A model generated the notes under the pieces. The model saw nothing but the letters and a program-made list of their open reading frames with translations, had not been told where the DNA came from and did not search any database. Source: Eledone cirrhosa (Eukaryota). From it: DNA of 64,000 nucleotides. The stretch is from contig OZ024755.1 in the NCBI GenBank assembly GCA_964016885.1, forward strand, positions 1,860,001-1,924,000, read 5' to 3'. Below, piece by piece: positions 13,339 to 27,927 of this stretch (its first letter is position 1; every line of letters begins with the position of its first letter). The position numbers were made by a program, and so were the translations under genes.

Positions 13339-15223
13339 TTTTCGCGAGCTGCTAAAATTCCAGGATCTTTCGTTGTTTTTCGTCTAATTATTGGTCCTAT
13401 ATATATATTGTGTGTATATATATAGAGAGAGAGAAAGATAGATAAATATACAGATGTGTATGTATGTGTGTGTATATATATATGTATATATATACACACA
13501 CGGTATTGTTTAATCTATACTATACACATTCGGTTTCCCAGCCAGCTTTCTTTCGCTCTGGCTCTTTGGTTTAGCTTCTGTCTCTCCCACAATATCTCTC
13601 ACTCCCTATTTGTCTCTCCCACAATATCTCTAACTCCCTATTTGTCTCTTCCACAATATCTCTTACTCCCTATTTGTCTCTCTCACTCCCTATTTTCCTC
13701 TCTCTCACATTCACACACCCTTGCTAAAAAGCCTCTAGTATTATTTATTATCTGGCTGCTGTTGATGGTAATTATTATTATGCTGATAGTGGTTGTGGAT
13801 AATAGAGATAGTGCTATGTTCGATGTTATATAGTATATATATATAATATATATACCTATATAATATCAATATATATATATATTAAAGGATATATATATAT
13901 ATCCTTTAATTTCGATACGTATTCCTTAATCCTGCAGAGCATACATCTGTATCATATATGTACATATATTTATCTACCTGTGTAGTCGCGTGTATGCATA
14001 TAACACACACTCAGTATAATATGTGTGTGTATATATATATATATATGTGTATATGTGTATATATATATATATGTGTGTGTGTATATATATATATATATAT
14101 GTGTGTGTGTATGAGGGAAAAAGTGAAGCTTCTGTCTATATTATTTCATTTTTGTGTTATTTTCTTTTTAATTCGTGATTACTATTTTTTTTTTAAAGAG
14201 TAATAATATTACTTTCAATAATTGCTTTGATTATTTGCTGTAATGAAAGAGATAAATAGATAGGTGAACGAGTTAATCGATTGATTAATAGATAGAGAGA
14301 TAAACTGCTAGCTAGCTGGATAGATAGACAGAGAGATTCAATGTAAACCATTCGTTTGCTCCTCCGCCACAAGCTTCTTCTTTCAAACGGTCCTCGCTCC
14401 ACCAACACTTTACACTTCTTTTGACCACATAGTCAATAGTGTGTATAAATATGGAGAGAGAGAGTGGGGTTATACTAGCATACGTATACACTCATCACCC
14501 CTCTCTCTCCACACTTACACACTTGAACCCCCACTCAAGCACACACACATTTAATTACACACAGACATACACATATACACGCCTATACACTCGTCTCTCT
14601 CTCTCCCGCCACATATACATTTCACATTCGAACTCACTCAAGCATATATATTCAATCACACACACACACACTAATACTCAAACATATATACATATACAAA
14701 CACATATATACATATACAAACACATATATACAAATACATGCTTTGCAAGCAGATTCTTTCCTTCCTCTCTTTTTCCTGTTAACCTCCCATCCACTTTCTC
14801 TTCTCTTCCTGTAACAATCTCTCCCTCTCTCTCTCTCTCATTCTATCTTTCTTTCTCTTTCTTCCTCACTCATTCATTCTATATTTAACAAATTGTTACA
14901 TACACACATACACACATACACCGACACACACACACATACACCGACACACACACACACCGACACACACACACACTCTCCTTGTCATTTTTGTCTCTTTCTC
15001 TTTTTTCGTCCGTTCACACGTTCCTTCTTTCTCTCTATTTTTCTCTTTCTCATGTTGATATATATATATATATATACTCACACACACCATATATATATAT
15101 ATATACACACACACATATATATAATGACAAACATGCACACACACACACCATATATACTATATGTGTGTGTGTATATATATATACGTGTGTGTGTGTTTGT
15201 CATTATATATATGAGTGTATATA

Positions 15224-15263
<40 letters not shown>

Positions 15264-15304
15264 TATATATATACACTCATATATATAATGACAAACACAC
15301 ACAC

Positions 15305-15395
<91 letters not shown>

Positions 15396-15450
15396 TATAT
15401 ATATACACACTCATATATATAATGACAAACACACACATGTATATATATAT

Positions 15451-15525
<75 letters not shown>

Positions 15526-16266
15526 TATATATATATATAAATGAAAGGTATAGAAAGTATTGTAGCAAGAAGCCAACAGTATTATATATATATGTGTGTG
15601 TATGTATATATATGTGTATGTATATATATATATATACTCGTCCCTTTCTCACTCTCTTTCTCCCTCACTCACATTATTTATCTCTCAATCGTTCGTGTTC
15701 TCACCCTCTCTCTATATATTTTGTTATCACTCTCTCTACCTCGCCATCTTTCTCTCCCTCTCTCTCAATCTCTCTCCTCTTCTACCAAGTTACATATATA
15801 ACAGTGGTGTATATGAAGGTATATAGGATATGTTGTGTATAATAAGTTTTACTATGAATATCTTAAGCTGTGGTCATGTCACAGCTATCTCAGAAGCTGG
15901 GTGAGAACGCCAAACATTGGTGTTTCAGGATTTTTAACCATCATCAGTGACATTTGCCAACTCTACTGAGACAAGAATAAGCTATAGCTTATATACATTT
16001 TGTGTATAAAACATCGTATATACTTTCATATACACCTCCATTATGAATCACGCTGTGTTAGTGCTACTGTTAATTAAATCTAGTTAATCAAACTCTCACT
16101 ATATTCAATGAACATCAGATGTTTTATATACAATGTATATAAGCTATAGCTTCTTGTCTCAGTTGAGTGAGCAAACGTTACTGATGATGGTTAAACATCC
16201 TGAAATACTAACGTTCTGACACAGCCACTGACATAGCTGTGACATTCAAAGAACTACAGTCAGCTA

Positions 16267-16461
16267 TACAGGGTGAATAATGGAAACAAAAAAAGACGAG
16301 GTTCAGTGCTCAATTAATCCATTGTTTTACGATAGTTTCAAAGGGCAAAGTGAACCATGCTAATATCTATGTATGGACTAATCGATATTGTCATGGTTCA
16401 TTTTTACCCTTTGAAACGATCGTAAGACACCGAACCACGTCTTTTTTGTTTTCATTGTTCA
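16267..16461. mobile_element. Palindromic Tc1/mariner-like MITE
   Basis: Starts TA-cagggtg. Long imperfect inverted arms (tgaataatggaaacaaaaaaagacg / cgtcttttttgttttcattgttca and ttacgatagtttcaaaggg / ccctttgaaacgatcgtaa). Confidence 0.6.
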
Positions 16462-17811
16462 TGTGTGTGTATGTGTATGTGTGTATATGTGTGTGTGTGT
16501 GTCCTTTTTCTATCACGTTATTCCCCACCCCCTCTGTTCTATTGTTTGCACTGTCCTCGTTATTATGTCGCCTCTCTCTCTCACTCTCTCTCTTGCAGTA
16601 TATATATCTTTTCCACATCTCTGTCATTCTACCTTCTCATTCTATTGCTCTCTCACTCACCCCTCCCTACATCTACCAATTACACACACACACACACACA
16701 CACACACTCTCTCTCAACGACTAAAACACACACTCACCCACACATACATCCTGTTATCTTTGGTTTATTTCTCATTCTTTATTTCTTATATTCTTTACAT
16801 ATGCACAAATAAACATAAAACACACACACTCACACATTCACACATACACACAGACCCACACCCACACTCACACATACACACATACACAGACCCATACCCA
16901 CACTCACACTCACACACACACAGACCCCACACCCATTTAGATTCACAGAAAAGTGCTCTACGAAGTACCGTTCTTCTGAACACAGCACATCTCCCCCCTC
17001 TCTCTGTCTCTCTCCCTCTCTATCTGTGTTTGTTTGTCTATCTATCTATCTATCTATCTATCCTTATATAGACACACACCTACAATAATTATATACAAAT
17101 TAGCTCGTTCATCTTCCATGCACTCTCTGGTCCACCCTCTCTCCCTATAACCCCCCCCACACACACACACACACATACAACACACACACACACACACTAA
17201 TGCTCATTCAAACTTACGTAAAACAAATATACACCCCAATACATTTCAATATAATTATTAAAACTCAGAATATGTCATTCTGTTTGTGTTGAGAATTTAG
17301 TGAAAATGGTCCATTGCAGCGCAAAAAATATTTGTACATATATATATATATATGTATGTGTGTTGTTTCGTAACATATCAATAGGTGGAGCTGGTGATTC
17401 CGGTTAGTAAATGATAATGCCATAAATTGAAGCACTCGACGTTATGCAGATCATCCGTCGTATGTATATATATGTGTGTGTGTATATATATATATATATA
17501 GAGAGAGAGATTGGATCATACACATCATCACAAACAAAATGTACATCATTCCAACACACACAAACACATACGCACACATTTCACCTCATGCTGACCTCCA
17601 AGGGCAAACGTTTTTGAATCCCTTTAAATTCTTTTGACCCCTGTCCCCTCCCCCCGTACACCCCCACCATCACCACCTCCTCCTCCTCCTACACTCCCCC
17701 CCCCCCAACCACCAACACTACAGTACGTTCTCAACTCAATTTCTAAGTTCTACTCCAAGACTTTCTTCTCTTCTTACAGAACAGTTTTGGGGATATTGCT
17801 TCTCAACAACT

Positions 17812-18480
17812 TCACACACACCTACACCTCTTAAATGGCGACACACACACCTACACCTCTTAAATGGCGACACACACACTACTAAGGACACACACACTAC
17901 TAAGGACACACACACCTACACCTCTTAAATGGCGACACACACACTACTAAGGACACACACACCTACACCTCTTAAATGGCGACACACACACTACTAAGGA
18001 CACACACACCTACACCTCTTAAATGGCGACACACACACTACTAAGGACACACACACTACTAAGGACACACACACCTACACCTCTTAAATGGCGACACACA
18101 CACTACTAAGGACACACACACACCTATACCTCTTAAATGGCGACACACACACTACTAAGGACACACACACCTACACCTCTTAAATGGCGACACACACACT
18201 ACTAAGGACACACACACCTACACCTCTTAAATGGCGACACACACACTACTAAGGACACACACACCTACACCTCTTAAATGGCGACACACACACTACTAAG
18301 GACACACACACTACTAAGGACACACACACACTACTAAGGACACACACACACACACACTACTAAGGACACACATACACTACTAAAGACATACACACAGTAC
18401 TAAAGACACACACACACACACTACTAAACACATACACACACACTACTAAACATATACACACACACAGTAAAGACACACAC
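17812..18480. repeat. 47-bp CA-rich minisatellite degrading into ~18-bp subunits
   Basis: Unit cacacctacacctcttaaatggcgacacacacactactaaggacaca. Confidence 0.93.
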
Positions 18481-18899
18481 ACACACACTGCCATCCAAAC
18501 TACATCTACCTTTTCCTTTTACACAATTCTCCCCCAGTTTAAAAATATCCGGTCTTCAATGTTAACGTTCGTATTTATTATTTCCACTTCTCATCTTTAC
18601 TCCCCTTCCTACCTCCTCCTAACTACCCCACCCCTCTTAACTACCCCCCCCCCCCCTAACTGCCCCACCCCAACTATCCTTCCTATCTTGTTATTCCACC
18701 ACTTCCCCACCCCATCATATCATTATTAGTCTGCATTAAAAAACAAAACAATGTTTAATAATAAAAACAACAAAACAATAGTTTCATCTTTATTTCCTCA
18801 ACAGTATTTGGTATGGTTTACCATCTGTAGTAGGTGAGTTGTTAGAGTTGTTAGAGATGTCGGTTGTAAGGTTGTCGATGGATTGAAGAAATTTCCTGA

Positions 18900-19050
18900 T
18901 AATTGTTTCTACTTTTGGCACAAGGCCAGCAATTATCCCAGTGTATTACTGGTACTTTATTTTATCCACCCCCGTAAGGATGAAAAGCAAAGTTAACCTC
19001 GGTGGGATTTGAACTCAGAATGGCAAGGGCCGTAACTCTGCGTCAAAGTC
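18900..19050 (-). mobile_element. tRNA-derived SINE family 1 copy
   Basis: Reverse complement of the 27690-27910 family; nearly identical to 57196-57345. Confidence 0.75.
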
Positions 19051-19083
19051 GATAAATCGAGTACCAATTCAGTACTGGGGTAG

Positions 19084-19151
<68 letters not shown>

Positions 19152-19199
19152 AGTTAGTTCAATCATAACTTGTAACTTCGTAAATGACTGTTTTTTGTA

Positions 19200-19585
19200 A
19201 ATCTGCTGAATCGAAACCAATGTGGGAGTCGGACACTGCCAAGGGTGCGTATTGTCACCTCTCTTGTTCAATATTTTCACGAACAAGATTGATATACGCA
19301 GCCGAGTCGGAAGGGGTATCATTATTGGCGAATGTAAAATCATTCGATGGGAATTTTCAGATGGTATGGTGTTACTTGACTCAACAGGTTTGATGCCAAG
19401 TGCTACCTGGTTGGAAAACTGAGACACTCATCCTCTCAAAGAAGCCTGTACAGTGCACTCTACATGTGAATGGAGTTCCACTGAAATAGGTAGAGAAGTT
19501 CAAGTATCTCAGGGTTGTGTTCATGAGTGCTAGAAGGCAGGAAGCTGAATTAAGTGCAAGCATTGCAGGAGTTGGTTCAGTTCAA
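19200..19585 (+). mobile_element. RTE-clade LINE reverse transcriptase fragment (degenerate)
   Basis: GVGHCQGCVLSPLLFNIF (RT motif), FSDG in place of FADD, then KTETLIL...VEKFKYL with stops and frameshifts. Confidence 0.8.
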
Positions 19586-19599
19586 TGTTGCAGTTGTTT

Positions 19600-19918
19600 G
19601 AGGTACGTCCGTGGAAATCTTGAGAAATTCGGTTTTATATTCCTCATTTCTACAGTATCGATTGGAAAAATAGATAAATAATCACAAAAACTATCCAGTG
19701 CTTCATTTCTTCCTTTTTTTGTGTTACTTTTATTTCGGATTATTGATTCGTCCTCAACTTTATCTTTTACAAAGAAATGTTCAGTTAATCTTAGTTTACG
19801 GCAAAATTCTGTGATATCCTTCTTAAGTTCCGGTACAATAGATTTCTGTGGGGTTGGTGGAAACTTCAGTCCTTTACATAAAACATCGATTTCACTCTTA
19901 GTCTATCTTTTCTTCGAT
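19600..19918 (-). mobile_element. Penelope-like retroelement ORF fragment (N-terminal region preceding the RT)
   Basis: Minus translation [44 protein letters not shown]...ALDSFCDYL. This fits the L.KGL.F.PTP...D...F.RKLRL.E.F pattern typical of PLE ORFs. Confidence 0.75.
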
Positions 19919-19966
19919 ATATACACATATATATATATATATACATATATATACATATATACATAT

Positions 19967-20048
<82 letters not shown>

Positions 20049-20216
20049 TTATGTGTATTTTGACTATATATAGACTATATGTATATATTTATATCCGTTG
20101 GTCAATGATTCCAAATAAATTAACTATGGAGATATAAAAGATAGAGAAGCGAAAACCAACCAAACAGTGAGTGTGTTCTGTTATTATTTCTGGCAATATT
20201 ATATGACCCTCCCCAA

Positions 20217-20252
<36 letters not shown>

Positions 20253-20279
20253 CTTTTCAATGGCTGACAATACCTTACC

Positions 20280-20445
20280 GGCGCCACATGGACACACTAG
20301 AAGAGGAAGACCAAGGTTAACGTATGTTGATGCCCTAAGGACAGTCACTAGTCTGTTGGAGACGCAGGACATGGCAGCGATAATGAGGGACAGAGACCGC
20401 TGGAGAGAACTCGTCCATGGATCTTGGGAATTTTACCCGCCTTAG
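20280..20445 (+). mobile_element. RTE-like LINE 3' end fragment
   Basis: PHGHTRRGRPRLTYVDAL...MRDRDRWR, the RGRP...DR..W C-terminal motif. Confidence 0.7.
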
Positions 20446-20472
20446 ATATAGATATATATATACCACTACCCA

Positions 20473-20733
<261 letters not shown>

Positions 20734-20828
20734 ACTGAATACACACGCGTTTTTTCTATCAAAAAAATTATTCTGTTCCTACCTCTTCTCACTCTATCTT
20801 TCTATTTCATCTTTTATTTCTCATTATA

Positions 20829-20864
20829 TCTTCTGATGAAGGACTACTGTCCGAAATGTAAAGA
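20829..20864 (+). ncRNA. Minimal type I hammerhead ribozyme motif (diverged copy)
   Basis: TCTT CTGATGA A GGAC tact GTCC GAAA TGTA AAGA. Stem I TCTT/AAGA, stem II GGAC/GTCC, GUA cleavage triplet. Confidence 0.7.
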
Positions 20865-21499
20865 CTCTCTTCCTACTATAAAGACGGAAAAAGAAGCTGC
20901 CATTGGCCGCGATGAAGAAATTAACCTCATATCTTCCGTTTGACCCATCCCCGCCGCCAGACCTTCACATCCCATTCACCACCACTATACCACTACCCAT
21001 ACCACCACTATACCACTACCCACACCACCACAATACCACTACCCACACCACCACTATACCACTACCCATACCACCACTATACCACTCTACTCACACCACC
21101 ACAATACCACTACCCACACCACCACAATAATTATACCACTACTCACACCAACACTACAATACGAAGGAAACTATCAGCAATAGGTTTTCTACAATTTTTT
21201 GACATTTCCACCAAACAACTAGTCTCTCATCTAGAACATATTGTATGTCAGATACAAACCTATCATAATCTCCGATATATCCTGTCCGCCATTTTCTCTC
21301 ATTCTTCCTTTCTTTTTCTATCATCCATTTCCTGTTTTTAAGTCTCGTTTTCGCTCGAATTTAATTTTTCATTATATTCATTTTATTATATCTATCTATA
21401 AATAAAGAATTATATCCATCTTTGTCTCTCTTATCCTAATTTCCCTCCACCTCTTCCACATATCTACCTACCTACCTACCTACCTACCTACCTACCTAC

Positions 21500-21562
<63 letters not shown>

Positions 21563-21584
21563 CCCCCTCTCTCTCTGTATCTCT

Positions 21585-21681
<97 letters not shown>

Positions 21682-22241
21682 AAATATGTATGTTTATATA
21701 TACGAGTGACGCGAATCAATCATCAGAGGAATTCGTCTTTGAATAAAGTTCCAGTAGAGTATAGACTACAAAATATTTTGATATCTGTCGGGATCTGTAG
21801 CTCTACCAAAATCGATAGTTGGTGATTGATTGCCTAGATATATTTTTGTTGTAGTTTCCGAATCATGAAAAAACAATGTCTCTAATCGAGACGAAGTGAG
21901 AGTGTATGTATGTATGTATGTATGTATGTATGTATGTATGTATGTATGTATGTATGTATGTATGTATGTATGTATGTATACATATGTATGTATGTATATG
22001 TATGTATGCGTTTGTATACATATGTATGTATACTTGGTTTCTACAGTTGGATGCCCTTCCTAACACCAATAACCAATATGTACAGGTGTTAGTACACGAC
22101 AAACATACCTAGTATACTCTGTACAATAGTTGGTGAGATGTATATATACTTAAGTTTCATATAGAAACTTCTCTGAGTAGATCATTTATTAAGATATCTC
22201 TTCATTGAGATAGCTACGTATTAGAGACAGTTAACTTTATA

Positions 22242-22326
<85 letters not shown>

Positions 22327-23173
22327 CATTGAAGACCAAATAAACTAAATTAACCGATATAAAAGACACAGAAGCGGAAACCAACCAAACAGTGAGTGTG
22401 TTCTGTTATTAATTCTGGCAATATTATTACACAAATATGACCCTCCCCAAGTATAACAATATATATATATACAATATATTAACAAATGGAAACTATATTT
22501 ATAAAACCATATTTATTTCATTATACATATTTCAAGGACACCGAGTTAAATTATGGTGTGCTTTCATCAGATAAAATATAATATAGATCAGTTTTATAAA
22601 TAAATATTGACATACCCTTAAAAAATGCGACCATTACTGTTGGAAGCTCCCGGGAGCTATATTATATTTTATCTGATGAAAGCACACCATAATTTAACTT
22701 GGTGTCCTTGAAATATGTATAATGAAATAAATATGGTTTTATAAATATAGTTTCCATTTGTTAATATATTGTGTATATATATATTGTTATACTTGGGGAG
22801 GGTCATATAGTTTCCATTTGTTAATATCGTATTTTTACTCCAAATATTTGTTGAGTGCTTTATATCAGTTATAAAAATATTTGCTTGTTGTATCCCAACA
22901 ATTTAAATAGAACTTTTACATATATATATATATATTAATATAATTGTTTCTACTTTAGGCACAAGGCCAGCAATTACCCATGTGTGTGTGTGTGTGTGTG
23001 TGAAAGTGAATGAAAGAGATACCTGAATTGTTGTCAGTCCGCGTTTGTGTTTGATTTGTCTGTTAACCAATCACTGCCTCTTCCTTTAGATAACTGTCTG
23101 TGTCATGGTGCCTTTTTTTCTTTCTCCAATCACCCTCCACCCCACCCCACCCACACACACACTCCCTTACCTC

Positions 23174-23225
<52 letters not shown>

Positions 23226-24184
23226 CTAGACACACACATATATTTATCCAGATACACACATGTAGCATATAAACACACACACGTGACACATGCCTTCACA
23301 CAAAGTAAACAGCGTCCCCTCCTCCCTCTTCATCTAACTTTCTATTGAACTCTGCAGCTGGTGTCATAAGCCTCACCCTGCCGAATATCTGAGGGGGAGG
23401 GGCAGATAAAAGAAATGGTTTCAAGGGCAACAACAGAATAGTATAAAGACGATTAACGGATAGTTATGTAGGTAGATAGGACTGTATGAGGATGGGGTAG
23501 ATTGGGAGGTAGGTAGGTGGGTAGGAAGGTGGGGTAGGTAGGTAAGCTATTCAGCAGAACTACAGTTTAGTGGTTATTACACATTGTATTGGCTACAATA
23601 TGGTTTCATACTTGAACAAAACATTTTATTTGTGATAATACATCTCTATATCTTTACTGTATTCCACTGGACTTCATCTTCTCTCTCTCTCTCTCACACA
23701 CGCACACAACACACAACACACAACACACACATCTAATTCATCTGTTCTGAGAGTGAGATGATTATATGCGTAAGATGATAATGATAATAGTACAACCGCT
23801 TGTAACGGTAATGTCCTTGTTTTTTAACAATACATGTACACCCCCCCCCCACAAATATATATATATATATATAATATAAAATCAAAAGATGGTTAAAAGA
23901 GTTCCATGTATTTTATTATGCGCATGTCAAACACAAATATCATCATGGGATGATATTTGCGTTCTCATCAGATAAAATAGGGAGACATGATATGAAGCTT
24001 AAAAAACACTTGCGAGCAATGAAGTGTTAAATCAACATATGTTGAAATGCGCATAATGAAATACATGGAACTCTTTTAACCATCTTTTGATCTTATATTA
24101 TTTATACTCCAGTCCTATAAACTGTTGAGTGCTACTTATCCGATATTTGCGTTGCTTTATTGTGCTACAATAAAACTCACCTTC

Positions 24185-24230
<46 letters not shown>

Positions 24231-24458
24231 TAGTAACACCACAGTTAGTTCACCATACCGAGAATATACCGAACTAATTGTAGTGTTACTACTCCTACCA
24301 AACACGTCCCATGGACTGAGTGCTCTACCACTACGGATATTACCTTCCAGTGTTCTACCCCCTCTCTCTCTCTCTCTCTCTCTCTGTATATCTTTATATA
24401 TGAATGCGGATATTGTTGCACAGGAATCTCTTGTTAATGACAATAGAGTGGATAATGT

Positions 24459-24490
<32 letters not shown>

Positions 24491-25346
24491 ATGACGGTGT
24501 TGGTGATGATGTTGGTGATGGTGGTGTTATTGGTGGTGATGGTGAAATCTCCATGTAATGTAAGTAAGTCGGTAATATTTACTGCAGCAGTGATAACTGT
24601 CCTATCAACTAGATCATATATTTATATTGTAAACTTCCCTCTAACGTCTCTATAGCACGCTAGACAGCTACAATCACTGATGCGATAAACTTACTGTCTG
24701 TGTCCGTGTGTATATATGTGTGTGTTTGTGTACGTGTGTGTATGTATACGTGTGTATATATGTGTGTGTATATATGTGTGTGTTTGTGTACGTGTGTGTA
24801 TACCCACACATTAATATGTATGCGCATATGTGTTAGTATAAACAGCGAATGTGCGTGGCTTAGTGGTTAGAGCGTTTGGCTGACAATCGTGGGGTTGTGA
24901 GTTCGATTCTAGTAATAATTGATGATGATGGTGGTGGTGATGGTGGTAGTGATGGTGGTGGTAGTGGTTGTGGTGGTGGTGGTGGTGGTAGTGATGGTAG
25001 TGCTGATTGTGGCGGTGTTAGTGGTGTTGGTGATGGGGTGATGGTGGTGGTAGTGGTGGTAGTGCTGGGGTGATGATGGTGTTAGTGATGGTGGTGATGG
25101 GGTGACGATAATGGTGGTGGTGGAGGGATGTAAGAGGTCAGCTGGTGGGAGTGTCACTATTTTCTAAGTTAATAACCAGGTGGGGTGTGAGCAGGTGTGC
25201 ACAGCTATTAAGCGAAAAATGACCTGGTGTGCTTGTTGTTTAATCTCAGGTCAGCCCTGATTAAGTAGACCTAGACACTCCAGCCATGACTATCTCGTCT
25301 TTTTAGGGTAATCCCAAGATTAAGGTGTCTAATATATATCATTCCT

Positions 25347-27193
25347 GGTGGTGGTGGTGTTGATGGTGGTGTTGGTGGTGGTGGTGATTGTGGTGGTGGT
25401 GGTGGTGGTCATAGTGATGGTGGTGGTGGTGATGGTGGTGGTGGTGTTGGTGATGGTGATGGTGGTGTTGGTGTTGGTGGTGATGGTGGCGGTGGTGATG
25501 GTGGTGTTGGTGTTGGTGGTGATGGTGGTGATGATGATGGTGGTGGTGGTGATTGTGGTGGTGGTGGTGGTCGTCGTAGTGATGGTGGCGGTGGTGATGG
25601 TGGTGGTGGTGGTGGTAGTGGTGGCGGTGGTGATGTATATATATATATGTGTGTGTGTATATGTGTGTATGTGTGGTGATGTGTATATATGTGTGTGTGT
25701 ATGTGTGGTGATGTATATATATGTGTGGTGATGTATATATATGTGTGGTGATGTATATATATGTGTGTATGTATGTGTGGTGATGTATATATATGTGTGT
25801 GTATGTGTGGTGATGTATATATGTGTGTGTGTATGTGTGGTGATGTATATATATGTGTGTGTATGTGTGGTGATGTATATATATGTGTGTGTGTATGTGT
25901 GGTGATGTATATATATGTGTGTGTATGTGTGGTGATGTATATATATGTGTGTGTATGTGTGGTGATGTATATATATGTGTGTGTATGTGTGGTGATGTAT
26001 ATATATGTGTGTGTATGTGTGGTGATGTATATATGTGTGTGTGTATGTGTGGTGATGTATATATATGTGTGTGTGTGTGTGGTGATGTATATATATGTGT
26101 GTGTATGTGTGGTGATGTATATATATATGTGTATGTGTGGTGATGTATATATATGTGTGTGTATGTATGTGTAGTGATGTATATATATGTGTGTGTATGT
26201 GTGGTGATGTATATATATGTGTGTGTATGTGTGGTGATGTATATATATGTGTGTATGTGTGGTGATGTATATATATATGTGTGTGTATGTGTGGTGATGT
26301 ATATATATATGTGTGTGTGTGTGGTGATGTATATATATGTGTGTATGTGTGGTGATGTATATATATGTGTGTGTATGTGTGGTGATGTATATATATGTGT
26401 GTGTATGTGTGGTGATGTATATATATATGTGTGTGTATGTATGGTGATGTATATATATATGTGTGTGTATGTGGTGATGTATATATATGTGTGTGTGTAT
26501 GTGTGGTGATATATATATATGTGTGGTGATGTATATATATGTGTGTGTATGTGTGGTGATGTATATATATGTGTGTGTATGTGTGGTGATGTATATATAT
26601 GTGTGGTGATGTATATATATATGTGTGTGTATGTATGGTGATGTATATATATGTGTGGTGATGTATATATATATGTGTGTGTATGTGTGGTGATGTATAT
26701 ATATGTGTGTGTATGTGTGGTGATGTATATATATATATGTATGTGTATGTGTGGTGATGTATATATATATGTATGTGTATGTGTGGTGATGTATATATAT
26801 GTGTGTGTGTGTATGTGTGGTGATGTTCGAATGTGTCGGTAGGAGTTTGATATTAAAGAGTTTCTTTGTGGGTCTTTTCAAAGGGACAAGTCACGGGGAC
26901 ACCACACCACCCCACCTCCAACCTACCACTACCACCACTACTACCACCACCACGCTACCACCACCACTAACACTACTACCACCACCACCACTACTACTAC
27001 TACCACCACCACCACCACCACTACTACCACCACCACCACTACTACCACCACCACCACTACTACCACTACTACCACCACCACCACTACCACTACCACCACC
27101 ACCACCACCACCACCACCACTACTACTACTACCACTACCACCACCACTACCACCACCACTACTACTACCACCATCACCACTACCACCACCCAC
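25347..27193. repeat. (GGT)n tract, composite GTGGTGAT-(AT)n-(GT)n minisatellite, then (ACC)n tract
   Basis: Direct inspection. Confidence 0.93.
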
Positions 27194-27689
27194 CAATTTA
27201 CTGAAGTTGGCAAGACAATAAAGTTATTGACCTCTTCGGAATTAAGTACATTTTAGTTGTGAATTCTACTGTGACATTATGGGAGAGTAAGGGACAGAGA
27301 GAGAGAATGAGGGAGAGGAGAAGAGAATGAGGGAGGGAGTGGAGAGAGAGAGAGAGAGAGAGAGAGATGAATCCTGCGAATACTTCCACACAGGTAGGGA
27401 ACATACATATGTGGACATGTAGATAGACATAGACATATATATAGACATATATATATATATATATATATATAGACATAGACATAGACATATATATATATAT
27501 AGTTCATACATAAGTTGATGTATGTATAATGTCAGGTGAGATCTCTGCTACAGGTACCATGTATCCCAGTACAACCTGTTTCATGGCCGAGTCACCACCC
27601 TGGGACTAATGAGGAGGACACCTAGCAGCACAACAGGGTGGATGAACGACACAGTTATCCACCCCAACTAGGGCTTACCACTGACTTAG

Positions 27690-27910
27690 GGTGGTGGATT
27701 GGCAGTATCGGTAGAGGGTCGGACGCCATGCGTTGGAGCACAGAGTTACGGCCCTTTATGATCTGAGTTCAAACCCCGTCGGGGTTAACTTTGACTTTCA
27801 TCCTTACGGGGTCGATAAAATATAGTACCAGTAATGCACTGGGGTCGATTTAATCGACTTTCCCCTCCCCCAAAATTACTGGCCTTGTGTCTATAGTAGA
27901 AATCACTATT
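27690..27910 (+). mobile_element. tRNA-derived SINE family 1, near full-length copy
   Basis: A-box-like ggattggcagtatcggtagag, B-box gagttcaaaccc, central ctttcatccttacggggtcgataaaat.gtaccag, 3' ctggccttgtg...agtagaaa. Fragments at about 3328, 4995, 12460, 22941, 28970, 33025, 42870, 48690 and 50510. Confidence 0.8.
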
Positions 27911-27927
27911 AACACTGACTTTGTGGC

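Noticed and set aside
14439-15842. Numerous YI/HT/CV-rich ORFs here and at about 47100, 52600, 60500 and 62700
   Set aside because: Translations of (TA)n/(CA)n microsatellites.
24850-24910. tRNA-like sequence with A and B boxes
   Set aside because: No complete cloverleaf or acceptor stem; it matches the head of SINE family 2.
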